Origin: a virus | Lineage: Duplodnaviria > Caudoviricetes | DNA length: 64,000 nt | IMG/VR virus record: IMGVR_UViG_2920580016_000003 | Location: 12,918 to 76,917 of that record | Direction: 5' to 3' (one strand) | Shown: piece by piece, positions 54,436 to 63,662 of the stretch | Layout: each line of letters starts with the position of its first letter | Numbering within the stretch: the first letter of the stretch is position 1 | Position numbers and translations under genes: made by a program | The notes under the pieces: model-generated | Database searches by the model: none | What the model was told of the DNA's origin: nothing | What the model saw: the letters and a program-made list of their open reading frames with translations, nothing else

Positions 54436-54604
54436 CTTCGACCAGGTCGGCGAGGTCGACGTACACCGCGACCTCTCGGGGGTGCCGGCAGTAGCCGAGG
54501 GTGTAGGTTCGCCCGTTGATCTGCTGGGTGATTTTGAGGACGGCACGCTGGTCGAGGGTGATCGCGTCGATTTGGATGCCGTCAGGGCCGTGCCAGGTCA
54601 CCAC
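54389..54604 (-). CDS. Small hypothetical protein
   Basis: WHGPDGIQIDAI...YTLGYC...VDLADLVEVI; no DDE or other transposase motif. Confidence 0.6.
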   Translation of the reverse strand: MVTWHGPDGIQIDAITLDQRAVLKITQQINGRTYTLGYCRHPREVAVYVDLADLVEVIPFPQGHRLASRPS

Positions 54605-54646
54605 ACCTGAAAACTGTACAAAACGGACACAGTGGGGTGTGAAGAA

Positions 54647-54672
54647 GCCCCGGCCTCACCAGAGACCGGGGC
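54647..54672 (-). terminator. Intrinsic terminator (- strand)
   Basis: GCCCCGG/CCGGGGC stem followed on the - strand by TTCTTC. Confidence 0.55.
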
Positions 54673-54689
54673 CGCAACAGCGGGCGACG

Positions 54690-54875
54690 TCACACGTCAC
54701 GGCGTGCACCTCGCCTGCCTGTCTTCTCGGCGCGCAACGCCGCGGCCGCAGCGGCGCCCGCGATCAGGGTGGTGGTGGCGAGCGCGCCGGCGAGACCGAG
54801 CAGCACCTCGCTCAGCGACGGCGCCAGACGCCGACGGCGGACGACCGGGGTAGGTGATGACATGACATTCTCCAT
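54690..54875 (-). CDS. Small membrane protein
   Basis: LLGLAGALATTTLIAGAAAAAAL. Confidence 0.5.
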   Translation of the reverse strand: MENVMSSPTPVVRRRRLAPSLSEVLLGLAGALATTTLIAGAAAAAALRAEKTGRRGARRDV

Positions 54876-55072
54876 GGTGATCTAGATGGTGGGTTTGATA
54901 GCGCATACTGCAGGCACTCTGCCTGCACTTCGCAGGATCGGCACACCCGCTTGGCCACCTTCGGCGAGGCGCCCTTCTCCGGGAAGAACACCTCCGGGTC
55001 CGTCTGGGAGCAAAGGCCAGCGTCCAGCCACGACAGCGGGCGGTGGTCAGTGGCCAGGTCGACGTCCGCCAC
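54812..55072 (-). pseudogene. WhiB-like gene with degenerate C-terminus
   Basis: WLDAGLCSQTDPEVFFPEKGAS...VCRSCEVQAEC intact; GxWGG motif replaced by GVWRRR-stop after an insertion. Confidence 0.7.
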
Positions 55073-55331
55073 GGCCGACCTCGTCTCTGCGGATGAACTG
55101 AGCGGGCCGGGCGCCGGCCAAGCGCACCACGCCGACGATCACAAGGATCGCGAGAGCCGTGACCATGACGCCGACCGCGATCAGGAGCACGGTCAGGAGC
55201 GGGTTTGCGTCGGCGCCGGTTCTTCCGACGAGCGCCGTGAGGATCACACCGCCGCAATAGCCAGCGGGGATCCGATACAGGCTGTTCACTGTGATCTCCC
55301 TTCCTGGGGGTGCCGTGGTGGTGGACGTCAA
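55047..55331 (-). CDS. Membrane protein
   Basis: Two hydrophobic segments. Confidence 0.6.
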   Translation of the reverse strand: MTSTTTAPPGREITVNSLYRIPAGYCGGVILTALVGRTGADANPLLTVLLIAVGVMVTALAILVIVGVVRLAGARPAQFIRRDEVGRGGRRPGH

Positions 55332-56782
55332 CGGTTCAGGGCGTACAGGCCATGGCCGACGCGGGCGATCTCCTCGTCGTTGGCGAGCGCGACCAGCGTG
55401 TTACGGACCGAGCCGATCCGAACCTCGCGGCCGCCGTCCTGGTTGACGACGTCGAGGATCTCCTCGGCCGTCAGCGCGTCCTCGGCGGCGGCCAGGGCAG
55501 TCACGACGCGGTCCTCCAGGCGTTTCTTCTTCCTCCCGCCGCGGCTAGCAGAGTCGCCGTCCGCCGACTGCGTCCGCTGCTCCTTCTCGGCGTACTCGTC
55601 GCGCAACGCCTGGCACAGCGCGGCCATGGCGGCAGGGTCGTGGCGGGCGGCGTACGCCTCGCCAGCGGCCTCCCACGACGCTTCCTCCAGCCGGGCGGGC
55701 TCTCCGGGGCCGTACAGGGCGAGAATCTCCGGGTCGAGGCCGGGCAGCGGCTCGATAGAGCCGATCCGCCAATGCCGCATCAGACTGGTCGGGGTCAAGC
55801 TCGTCAGCAGGTAGGCCATGCCCTGCGTGTCGCAGAAGTCGTCATCGTCGTCGTACGCGTCGAACTGGCTGCGCAGCTCAGGCTGCTTGAGCTGCTTGGG
55901 GATCGGCATGAGCTGCGTGCCCGGCTCCAGCAGCCCGTCCTTGGCCAGCTGCTGCATGACGGTGGACGTCCAGCGCAGCAGCGTGACCTCGCCCTCCTTG
56001 AACATGGCGCGCAGCGTGTCGCTGCCGCCGAGCTCTTCCAGGTGGGAGGCTTGGGCGTCCAGCTCAGCGCCGACGCCGAGCGAACCGCCGGCACGGCTCA
56101 ACTCCCGCAGCAGATAGGCCGCTTCGTCCCGGTAAGGAGCGCCCCGCTCCAGCGCACGGTTGGCCTCGTCCAGGCGCACCGACATGAGCGGGTCGGGGTC
56201 GCCGATCAGGAACGTGTTGCGCCCCATCTTCCAGTAGCGGGGCTGCCGGGCGAGCGAGGCGACCGCGACTGCCGACCGCAGCATGAGGATGACCTCCTCC
56301 TGCGTGGTGGCGAACCAGTCGACGTTTCCCTCGGCCTCGGGCGCGGACTGGCCACCTTTCAGGTCGCCGTACCAGGTGACGATGCCGTTGCGCTTCTCGC
56401 ACGCCATCACGTACTGCACGATCCGGGACTTGCCGGCGCCGGTGGTACCGAACACGAGCGCCCGCTGGGCTCTGCCGGTCCGCTTATCGAAAAGCCTGCG
56501 CCGGGCCGGGCGCCCGTTGTGGTGGCGGCCGACCACGATCCGGCCATGCCGGTCCATCAGCATGTCGGCGGGGGAGGGCGGCGGCATGACCGCGAGCGGG
56601 TTGGCCGGGTAGACGGTGACGATGGCGCGGCGCCCGTGCACCTCGACGACGACCCGGCCAGGGTCGTCTTCCACGCCTAGCGCCGAGCACAGCGCCTCGT
56701 GGTCGTACTTGACGACCTGGCCGGGCGGCGCTTCCAGCATCAGCTCGACGATCTCGCCGTCGGGGATAGCGACCGCGCTCAT
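55328..56782 (-). CDS. TraB/FtsK-like DNA translocase ATPase with C-terminal winged helix
   Basis: Walker A VFGTTGAGKS, Walker B VRLDEAN, RAGGSLGVG; C-terminal LTAEEIL...GSVRNTLVAL. Confidence 0.85.
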   Translation of the reverse strand: MSAVAIPDGEIVELMLEAPPGQVVKYDHEALCSALGVEDDPGRVVVEVHGRRAIVTVYPANPLAVMPPPSPADMLMDRHGRIVVGRHHNGRPARRRLFDKRTGRAQRALVFGTTGAGKSRIVQYVMACEKRNGIVTWYGDLKGGQSAPEAEGNVDWFATTQEEVILMLRSAVAVASLARQPRYWKMGRNTFLIGDPDPLMSVRLDEANRALERGAPYRDEAAYLLRELSRAGGSLGVGAELDAQASHLEELGGSDTLRAMFKEGEVTLLRWTSTVMQQLAKDGLLEPGTQLMPIPKQLKQPELRSQFDAYDDDDDFCDTQGMAYLLTSLTPTSLMRHWRIGSIEPLPGLDPEILALYGPGEPARLEEASWEAAGEAYAARHDPAAMAALCQALRDEYAEKEQRTQSADGDSASRGGRKKKRLEDRVVTALAAAEDALTAEEILDVVNQDGGREVRIGSVRNTLVALANDEEIARVGHGLYALNR

Positions 56783-56785
56783 GTT

Positions 56786-57652
56786 TCAGCCCTCCTCGTC
56801 TATGCGGTCGGCGGGCCGGCCGGTGCGCACGCTGGTCAGCACGGTCCCGGGCATGGCGTCCGGGGCGATCCGGTTGGCCCACACCGCGGCCGGTGTGACG
56901 TCCTCGTCCGGCCGGCCGACCTGCAGCAGCCGATAGGCGGAGCCACGGCCGGGCACCGGCCCGATGGCTATCAGGTCTTCGGGGACGTCCATCAGCGCCG
57001 ACAGTCGCATGATCGAGATGTCCGGGACCGGCTGGCCGGGGACGGCGGAGCGGACCACCGCCCGCACGGCTGTCTCGCCGGTCCGCTCGATGTCCTCTAG
57101 CAGTGTGCCGGGGGCGGCACCGCCGTCGATGGCGACCTTCTGCGCCCACCAGCGCGCTGCCGGATGGTCACACACCTCGGCTGGCAGCGGCGCGACAGTG
57201 GTTGACGGGACGCGCGGCGGCGGGGACACCATACGGCGGGCGACGTCGGCCGGGCGCGCCACCCACGTTCCCACCGTCCAGGTGGCCAGCGCCGCTGCCT
57301 CGAGCGGGTGGATACCGGGCACCCACTGTTCGGCGACCAGCAGACAGGCGAGGCTGCCGCCAGGCATCAGGTACAGCACGGTGGCGGTCGCCTTCTGGTG
57401 GCCATCAGGCTTCCACAGCCGCAGCGTGGCCAGCCCGCCCAGAGTGAGCGCCGCGTCGGCCAGCAGGGACACGCCGGTCCAGTGGCCGGTGAACAGACCC
57501 GCCGCAGCGGACGCAGCGCCGGCGAGCGTGGCCACGCGCCCCACAGCGCTGCGGACGACCTGCACGCGGCGTTGCATCTTGGTCAGCGCGTGCCACTGCG
57601 GCACTGTCACCTCCACGGGCGACAGTGCTGGCGGGTTCACAGGCCGGGCCAC
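56786..57652 (-). CDS. Membrane N-terminal half of TraB-like translocase
   Basis: Four TM segments; in frame with the ATPase ORF across TGA-AAC-ATG. Confidence 0.65.
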   Translation of the reverse strand: MARPVNPPALSPVEVTVPQWHALTKMQRRVQVVRSAVGRVATLAGAASAAAGLFTGHWTGVSLLADAALTLGGLATLRLWKPDGHQKATATVLYLMPGGSLACLLVAEQWVPGIHPLEAAALATWTVGTWVARPADVARRMVSPPPRVPSTTVAPLPAEVCDHPAARWWAQKVAIDGGAAPGTLLEDIERTGETAVRAVVRSAVPGQPVPDISIMRLSALMDVPEDLIAIGPVPGRGSAYRLLQVGRPDEDVTPAAVWANRIAPDAMPGTVLTSVRTGRPADRIDEEG

Positions 57653-57667
57653 AATCGTCTCCTTCGG

Positions 57668-58099
57668 TCAGCGGTTGCTGTAGAACTCGGCCTCAGCCAT
57701 CGGCACAGGCATGTGGGTGGCGGCGTCGGCGACCGTCCCGTAGTCGCCCTCGTGGGCGTCGGCGGCCTGCTGGAACAGGGTCGACAGGTCCTCGGCCGCC
57801 TCCGCCATCGCCTCGGCCTCGTTCAGCACGCTCCGCATGACGGCCGCGGCCTGATGGTGCTCACCCACGGTGTCGCGGTCGACGGTCAGCGACGCCATCT
57901 GCTCTGCCAGCCGATCCACCGACGTCGAGCAGCCCTCGACGTAGCGGTAAGTGGAGCGGACCTGCTGGCTCAGCCCGCGCAACTTGATCCCGGCCATGGT
58001 GAGCTGGGCGATGACGATGGTGTAACGCACCGCCGTCTCCAACACGCCGCCGCTCGCCTCCACCGCGGCGCCCGTCTGGCGCCTCTCCAACTCGCTCAT
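57668..58099 (-). CDS. Transfer-region helical protein
   Basis: AGGAG RBS; ends VPMAEAEFYSNR, similar to actinomycete plasmid Tra accessory proteins. Confidence 0.6.
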   Translation of the reverse strand: MSELERRQTGAAVEASGGVLETAVRYTIVIAQLTMAGIKLRGLSQQVRSTYRYVEGCSTSVDRLAEQMASLTVDRDTVGEHHQAAAVMRSVLNEAEAMAEAAEDLSTLFQQAADAHEGDYGTVADAATHMPVPMAEAEFYSNR

Positions 58100-58111
58100 G
58101 AGCTCCTCCTG

Positions 58112-60040
58112 CTACTCGTCGTGGTATTCGCGCTCAGCGGGACGGGTGTGGCCGGCATCGCGGACCGCGTCGGCCAGAGGCTTGTGGCGGGCAGCGGCGT
58201 TCGCGCCGGCGATAGAGATGGCCTCGGAGGCGGCGGGCAATGTGTCGGCGATCGCCATGGCGCGGGCGCGCACGGTGGCGGTCTTGTCCATCAACCTGAC
58301 GACCATGCCTTCCAGCACGCCGGGCACCATCAGCTCGACGACCTTGGCGTGCAGGGATTCCAGCCGGGTGAGCAGCAACTCGCAGCCGTCCGCGGTGTGC
58401 CGGGCCGGGGCCACCCCGTCGAGAATCTCCTCCGCCATGTCGGCGTCGGCGTCGATCACGTCGTAGATGGTCAACTCTGCGTCGCGGTACTGCGTGCTGC
58501 GGACGGGCGCGCTCACGAAACGGGCTCCATTCGGGGTCGCTGCTGGTGTCGGCGAAGGGCCTGCGGGTAGCGCAGGGCGTCCTCCAGCGGGTGCTCCCGC
58601 CAAGACCAAGGGCTCGGGCGCCGGCTCTGGGGGATCGTCGACGCGCTCGCAGGACTCAACCCGCACGCTCCGGTCCGCCCCCGGCGGCGGGCGCATCCCC
58701 TCGAACCCTGGAGGAGGCGGGGGCGGCGTGCCGCCTGCTGTCGAGCTCCACGCGGTCGCGCCGGAGGCCTTGTGACGTCTGGTCCACCAGCGCTGCCGCG
58801 CGCCCCGATGCTTGCCGCGCTTGGGCCAGGTGAACCCGAAACTCATCCTGGAGCGCGGCTCGGGACGGGTTCTACGACGGCTCCAGCGCTTCAACCACCT
58901 GGCGCCGTGCTTCGCCGACTTGCGCACCCAGGACTTCCTGGAACGCCGACGCGGGCGCGCGGCCTCGCGTTCGGGGGCGACCCGGCGGTTCCAGCGTTTC
59001 CGCCCCTCGATCGCCTTGTCGCCACCGGGCCCGGGCCGCCGCTTGCTGGCCTTCCACCGCAGCCGGTCGTGCCGCGGCTTGCCCTTGTTGTCTGCCTTGC
59101 GCTTGCGGCCGCCGCCCGGGCGTCCGGATGTCCAGCCCTTCGGATCCTTGTCGCCGCCCTTGCCTCGGCGTTTGGGAGCCTTCCACCGCAGCTTGCCCGC
59201 AGGCTTCTTAGGAGCCTTCGGAGCCTTCGGGGAGTTCTTGTCGGCACCGCCCTTGGGCGTCTTCGGCGACTTGCCAGTGTCGGCGCCGCGGCGCTTCCGC
59301 CAGCCGAAACCGCCCTTGGCGGCGCCCTTCCGCCGCTTCTGCTTATCGCGCCCCCACGTCGTCTTGCCGCCCGGGCCAGCCTGGGGTGCATTGCCGCCCT
59401 TGCTGTCACGTCCCGGTCCTTTACGCGAACGATCCTGGCCGGCCCCGGGCCGATCGCCCCTGTCGCGCCGCTTACGGCCACCATCAGGGCGCGAACCCCT
59501 GCGGTCGCCGCCACCCGGGGAACGCAGAGACGACCTCTTGCCCCCCGATCCTCCCGAATCGGCGCCATTCGCTCTCCGAGCGCCGCTGGCGGCAGCCTTG
59601 GCCTGCGCCTTGTCGGCGTTGGCTCGAGCCTCATCAGCGAGCGCCTTCCGGCGGCGGGCCTGCTGCCACATGCCCTGCGCTGCCGCCACACCCAAAGCGG
59701 TGACCAGCGCTATCGCGACCGCGAGCGTGTCCCGCACGGTCGGATTGTCGGGATCCTCCGGCGCGGGCGGGACGAACCCGCCATCCTCGCCGCTGTCCTC
59801 GCCGGCGTCGGCCGGGGCCGGGACACCAGGCATCGTCAGGGCGAGCGGTGGCGCCATGTCCGCGACGCCGGGCAGCCGGGGCCAGACACCGGCCGGAGCG
59901 GACGGCGCGGCGCCCTCGGCGGGGCTGTCCGTCACGCCCGGGTCAGGGTCTGGTCTAGGGGCGTCGAAGGAGCCCGGCAGGAACACGCGAGGAAACTGTA
60001 CGACCGAGCCGCCCCCGTCCTTGTCGTCGCTGCCGCTCAC
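58112..60040 (-). CDS. Large transfer-region protein with Lys/Arg/Gly-rich disordered centre
   Basis: GAGGAGG RBS; TM-like segment; helical C-terminus ending RPAEREYHDE. Confidence 0.6.
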   Translation of the reverse strand: MSGSDDKDGGGSVVQFPRVFLPGSFDAPRPDPDPGVTDSPAEGAAPSAPAGVWPRLPGVADMAPPLALTMPGVPAPADAGEDSGEDGGFVPPAPEDPDNPTVRDTLAVAIALVTALGVAAAQGMWQQARRRKALADEARANADKAQAKAAASGARRANGADSGGSGGKRSSLRSPGGGDRRGSRPDGGRKRRDRGDRPGAGQDRSRKGPGRDSKGGNAPQAGPGGKTTWGRDKQKRRKGAAKGGFGWRKRRGADTGKSPKTPKGGADKNSPKAPKAPKKPAGKLRWKAPKRRGKGGDKDPKGWTSGRPGGGRKRKADNKGKPRHDRLRWKASKRRPGPGGDKAIEGRKRWNRRVAPEREAARPRRRSRKSWVRKSAKHGARWLKRWSRRRTRPEPRSRMSFGFTWPKRGKHRGARQRWWTRRHKASGATAWSSTAGGTPPPPPPGFEGMRPPPGADRSVRVESCERVDDPPEPAPEPLVLAGAPAGGRPALPAGPSPTPAATPNGARFVSAPVRSTQYRDAELTIYDVIDADADMAEEILDGVAPARHTADGCELLLTRLESLHAKVVELMVPGVLEGMVVRLMDKTATVRARAMAIADTLPAASEAISIAGANAAARHKPLADAVRDAGHTRPAEREYHDE

Positions 60041-60091
60041 GACCGCCTCCTCTCAAGGGTTGACAGACAGTGACCGAATGAGGGAACCTCT

Positions 60092-60140
60092 CTCGCGCGC
60101 GCGCCGCGCGTACGCGCGCCGCGCATTACGCGCGCGCGAG
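60092..60140. repeat. (CG)n nested palindrome
   Basis: CTCGCGCGCGCG (60092-60103) / CGCGCGCGCGAG (60129-60140) around CGCGCGTACGCGCG (60105-60118). Confidence 0.85.
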
Positions 60141-60173
60141 GCGCACTCGGCGCATGAACATGAAGATGCGCAG

Positions 60174-60440
60174 TCACGATCCGTGACCTCCATGCCAGCG
60201 TGCTTCGGACTCCTCCTGCTGGGCGGCCCACGTCGCGAGCAGCTCCGCCAGCTCATACATCGCCCGCGGGTTGCGCTGGCTGCGCCGCGCCCGCCGCGCG
60301 GCGGCCTTGGCCCGGTCGAAGCACAACTTCGCGAACTGGGCGTCATCCTTGACAGCCTGGGTGCGCTCATTCCAAGTTCTGGCGAGGTTCTGCAGCCGGC
60401 GCAGCGCCTCCGGAGTCAGCTTGTCGACCGTCCCGTTCAC
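60174..60440 (-). CDS. Hypothetical protein
   Basis: GAGGAG RBS; coupled to the upstream gene. Confidence 0.6.
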   Translation of the reverse strand: MNGTVDKLTPEALRRLQNLARTWNERTQAVKDDAQFAKLCFDRAKAAARRARRSQRNPRAMYELAELLATWAAQQEESEARWHGGHGS

Positions 60441-60913
60441 GCCGGCCGCTCCTCACGGATCAGGTCGAGGAACTCCCTGTCCGACTTCGCCGACGCTGGC
60501 CGCGCGCCTGCCCGCCTCGGCTGAGCTGGGCGTTTGGCCGGGTCAGGGCCGGGCGCGAGCGCCTGCTGCTTGTCCTGCGCGGCAGCCTGCCGCTTCGCGG
60601 GGATCTCGTGACGGTTCCTGCGATATCGGGCCTCCAGCCGGAACGTCAGTCTGGCCGCAGCCTCAAGGTGTTCCTGGATCTCGGCGAACGGGGCGGTAAC
60701 CCTCCAATGCCGCCACCACGCCTCAAACGAGCCGTATTCCGACGGCGGGTTCTCCGCCCACATGGCCTCAGCGTCACGCCGCATGTGAGCCACGAAGTCG
60801 GCATACTCCGACAGCGCCCGCCGCAGCTGGGCTGCGAACGCCTGCACCACCTCCGGGCGGTCCAGCATGTCCCCAGACCACTCCGGCCCGGACGAAGAAG
60901 TCCTACTCATCAT
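60437..60913 (-). CDS. TraA-like plasmid transfer protein
   Basis: AAGGAAGG RBS; RVTAPFAEIQEHLEAAARLTFRLEARYRR pattern; name is inference. Confidence 0.5.
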   Translation of the reverse strand: MMSRTSSSGPEWSGDMLDRPEVVQAFAAQLRRALSEYADFVAHMRRDAEAMWAENPPSEYGSFEAWWRHWRVTAPFAEIQEHLEAAARLTFRLEARYRRNRHEIPAKRQAAAQDKQQALAPGPDPAKRPAQPRRAGARPASAKSDREFLDLIREERPA

Positions 60914-61995
60914 CAATCCCTTCCTTCGAGCGCCTTCTTGACCTTGGTGGCGGTGCCGGTGCCGCACCCCAACGCTTTGCCGATCTTCTGGATGCCGGCG
61001 TCGGCGGGCAGCTTCCCGGCGGCGATCAAGGCGCGTGCCCGGTCCGTCAGAGCGTCGATATCGACCCTCGGACGGGGCGGCGGAGGGCTGTACCGGCGGC
61101 CAGCGTTTGCCCTGTACTCAAGGTGAGTACGGCCATCAGTACGGCCTGTACCGGAGGCCGCCGGGACAGGCAGCGCCTGCAGCACCGACCACAGCGCCGG
61201 CAGCACCCACACCGCGGTCACCGCCGCGACCGGACCAAGGCTGTGCACGATCAACGTCAGCAGATCGAAATCGACGTCGGGCGCGAACGCTGGCCAGCAG
61301 TTCAACACCAGCGTCAGAACGAGCAGCAGCGCCTCGGCGCGGAACAACTTCCGGCCGGGGCCGTTCTTGTCCTTGCGGTCGACGACCTGGCCGCGCATCG
61401 CGCTGTAGGCCTGCACCGCCACGGCGGCCAGCAGCGGCAGCGATAGGGCCGGCTCCACGCCGAACGCCGCCCACCAGGCGAACGTGTGCTCCTTCAGTTC
61501 CAGCGCCGTGGCCACCGAAGCCTGCACGCCGATACTCGACACCGCCAGGCCGATCGCGGCCGCCGCCATCACCATCACCGTGACAGTGCGGCGCACCTTG
61601 GCGTCGCGGTAGGCCAACGCGACCGGGTCCTGGGCGAGCTCGTGCAGCCGGGCGGCCTCGCTGACATCGCGGCGACGCTTGCGCACCTTGGGCGTGTCGA
61701 TCAGCAGAGGCGCGTCGTCGTCCTGCAACTCCAGGAGGCGGTGCGCCTCGGCGACCTCGGCGCGCAGCTTGCGGACGCGGCTGGTGTTGCCTTCGTCGTC
61801 GTCGAAGTCGAGCCCATACTCGGGTTCAGGCTCGTCCTCGATGTAGGACTCGTCGTCGACCTCGGAATCCTCGACATCGGGCTCGTGGGCGGCCGGCTCC
61901 GGGAGGCGGGAGGCGACATAGTCCTCGAGCGCGGCCAGGCCGCGCGCGACGTCATCCTCGGGCGGAGGATCGGGCGACGGGGTCGTGGTGTTCAT
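60913..61995 (-). CDS. Spd/DUF2637-like multi-TM spread/transfer protein with C-terminal HTH
   Basis: Four TM segments (WWAAFGVEPAL...), C-terminal IQKIGKALGCGTGTATKVK. Confidence 0.65.
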   Translation of the reverse strand: MNTTTPSPDPPPEDDVARGLAALEDYVASRLPEPAAHEPDVEDSEVDDESYIEDEPEPEYGLDFDDDEGNTSRVRKLRAEVAEAHRLLELQDDDAPLLIDTPKVRKRRRDVSEAARLHELAQDPVALAYRDAKVRRTVTVMVMAAAAIGLAVSSIGVQASVATALELKEHTFAWWAAFGVEPALSLPLLAAVAVQAYSAMRGQVVDRKDKNGPGRKLFRAEALLLVLTLVLNCWPAFAPDVDFDLLTLIVHSLGPVAAVTAVWVLPALWSVLQALPVPAASGTGRTDGRTHLEYRANAGRRYSPPPPRPRVDIDALTDRARALIAAGKLPADAGIQKIGKALGCGTGTATKVKKALEGRD

Positions 61996-62231
61996 CAGAC
62001 GGTCTCCGGGGTTCGGATCAGAGCCTGTAGGTGGGCGGTGGGCAGCGCCTGCGCCAGCAACTGCGCCGGGTGTGCCCCGGGCGCGGGCATCTGGTCGTGG
62101 GCGGTGAGCACGTGCCGCACGTGCACGAGCGGGTCAGGTTCGTCGCGCTCGGCCGCGGCGACGGCGGCGCGCGCGGCGGCCAACAGTTCGGCGTGCTCGG
62201 CGACGAGGAGCGCGGCCTGGGTCTGGTTCAT
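61995..62231 (-). CDS. Hypothetical protein
   Basis: LLAAARAAVAAAERDEPDPL; TGATG coupling. Confidence 0.6.
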   Translation of the reverse strand: MNQTQAALLVAEHAELLAAARAAVAAAERDEPDPLVHVRHVLTAHDQMPAPGAHPAQLLAQALPTAHLQALIRTPETV

Positions 62232-62944
62232 CAGAACCCTCCAGGCGGTGCGTCGAGGACAGTCACACCAGGCAGAAACACGGAGTTGACGTGCCAGAAT
62301 CGGCCTTCACGGTCGCTACGGAAGATCCGGCCGTATACCTGGTTGGGGTCGACCGCTACGCCCGCCTGGGTGCACAGACCCGGCAGCATCTTGAGCGCGA
62401 TGCCGTAGGCCGCCTCATACTCGGCGGTGAACCGGCCACTGGCCAGCGCCTTGTCAACGGTCTGCTCTCCGATGTCCGACTGCCGACGGAGGTCCACTCG
62501 GAACTCGTACACCTCGGCGGTGCTCTCGTCCGGCGTGGACATTGCCATGTGGGGGACGGGGCCCGACGGCGATGCCTTCCTGATGGTGCGGCGGCGCCGC
62601 CACTGCCACCAGCGCGGCCGGGGCTCGGCGAGTCGATCGACGGTGTCGGTGAGTTCGTGCACGGTCTCGGCGACCGAGCCGACCGCGGCAGCGGTGGAGT
62701 CGGCGAACTCGACGCCCTGGTTCACGGTCGCGGTCAGATTGTGGACCTCAGCGCCGAGGTCCTCCAGCCCGTTCTGCAGGGCCTGGCCGGCGGCGGACAC
62801 GTGGCCGGCCAGGTGCTGGATCGCGGCCGGCGTCTTGGCCAGCAGTTCCAGCGCGGTGGCGATCCGGGCGAGATCGGTGCGCATCGCCAGCATGGCCTGC
62901 GCGTCATCCTCGGGGTGGGGTGTGAAGAGTCGGTCGGCGGTCAT
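62231..62944 (-). CDS. Coiled-coil hypothetical protein
   Basis: GGAGGTG RBS, ATG 62944. Confidence 0.6.
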   Translation of the reverse strand: MTADRLFTPHPEDDAQAMLAMRTDLARIATALELLAKTPAAIQHLAGHVSAAGQALQNGLEDLGAEVHNLTATVNQGVEFADSTAAAVGSVAETVHELTDTVDRLAEPRPRWWQWRRRRTIRKASPSGPVPHMAMSTPDESTAEVYEFRVDLRRQSDIGEQTVDKALASGRFTAEYEAAYGIALKMLPGLCTQAGVAVDPNQVYGRIFRSDREGRFWHVNSVFLPGVTVLDAPPGGF

Positions 62945-63345
62945 GCGGTCACCTCCGCCAGCCAGCGGTCCAGTTCGGCGCGGGCGATCGGCCGCTGCCG
63001 GTTGAGCGGCACCATCCGGCACGTCTTCTCCAGGAACGCCTCGACAGCGTCCCGCTCGGCGTACAGTTCGCGCAGCCCGCCCCGGCACGGCACCGTGAGC
63101 GTGATGTAGTCCCGCACGGCGTGCGGCTTGACCAGCGGGAAACCGGACTCGCCGGTCGGCTTCTCCAGGCCGTCGATCAGCAGGTCGCGGTAGAGCACAA
63201 CCTCGTGGACGCCGTCGTGGTCGGGGATGACGATCTCGACCGCGAACGGGTCGTCGCTGCGGTAGACGATGGTCGCCGTGTACGGCTCGTCGCTGTGCCG
63301 GGCCGCGTTCCACAAAAGGATCGGCACGTTAAGGATCTTTCTCAT
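62941..63345 (-). CDS. SsgA-family sporulation/cell-division regulator
   Basis: TIVYRSDDPFAVEI, LYRDLLIDGL, VEAFLEKTCRMVP, ELDRWL. Confidence 0.8.
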   Translation of the reverse strand: MRKILNVPILLWNAARHSDEPYTATIVYRSDDPFAVEIVIPDHDGVHEVVLYRDLLIDGLEKPTGESGFPLVKPHAVRDYITLTVPCRGGLRELYAERDAVEAFLEKTCRMVPLNRQRPIARAELDRWLAEVTA

Positions 63346-63662
63346 GCGGTCACCGTCCCGGTGAGCGCGGTGGCGGGCGGGGTCATGCCGCGGCCCATCA
63401 GCGCGGTGGTGAGCATCGCCAACGCCCGATGCTCCAGGTCGTCCAGGGAGATCTCCTCCACGCGGACGCCGGTAGCGACGCTGGCGTAGACCGGCCGGCC
63501 GGGCTCCCAGCGGAGACCGATCTGCAGGCCAGGCAGCTCGAGATCCGTACCGATGCACATGCCGAAACCGGCGTCGTCGCCGAGGTGATCCGTACACCAC
63601 AGCTGATGCTCCGGCTCCGGCCAGCGCTGCGCGGGGATGCGAATGTCGGGGGTGTCGTGCAT
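63342..63662 (-). CDS. Hypothetical protein (WCxxH motif)
   Basis: GAAGGGA RBS, ATG 63662; HQLWCTDH...MC. Confidence 0.55.
   Translation of the reverse strand: MHDTPDIRIPAQRWPEPEHQLWCTDHLGDDAGFGMCIGTDLELPGLQIGLRWEPGRPVYASVATGVRVEEISLDDLEHRALAMLTTALMGRGMTPPATALTGTVTA

Noticed and set aside
54389-54604. Insertion sequence or transposase
   Set aside because: Only 71 aa, no catalytic motif, no terminal inverted repeats or target duplication.
52900-54700. attR core or direct repeat ending the prophage
   Set aside because: No matching repeat or tRNA 3' fragment recognisable; the partner site would be outside the window, so it cannot be called.
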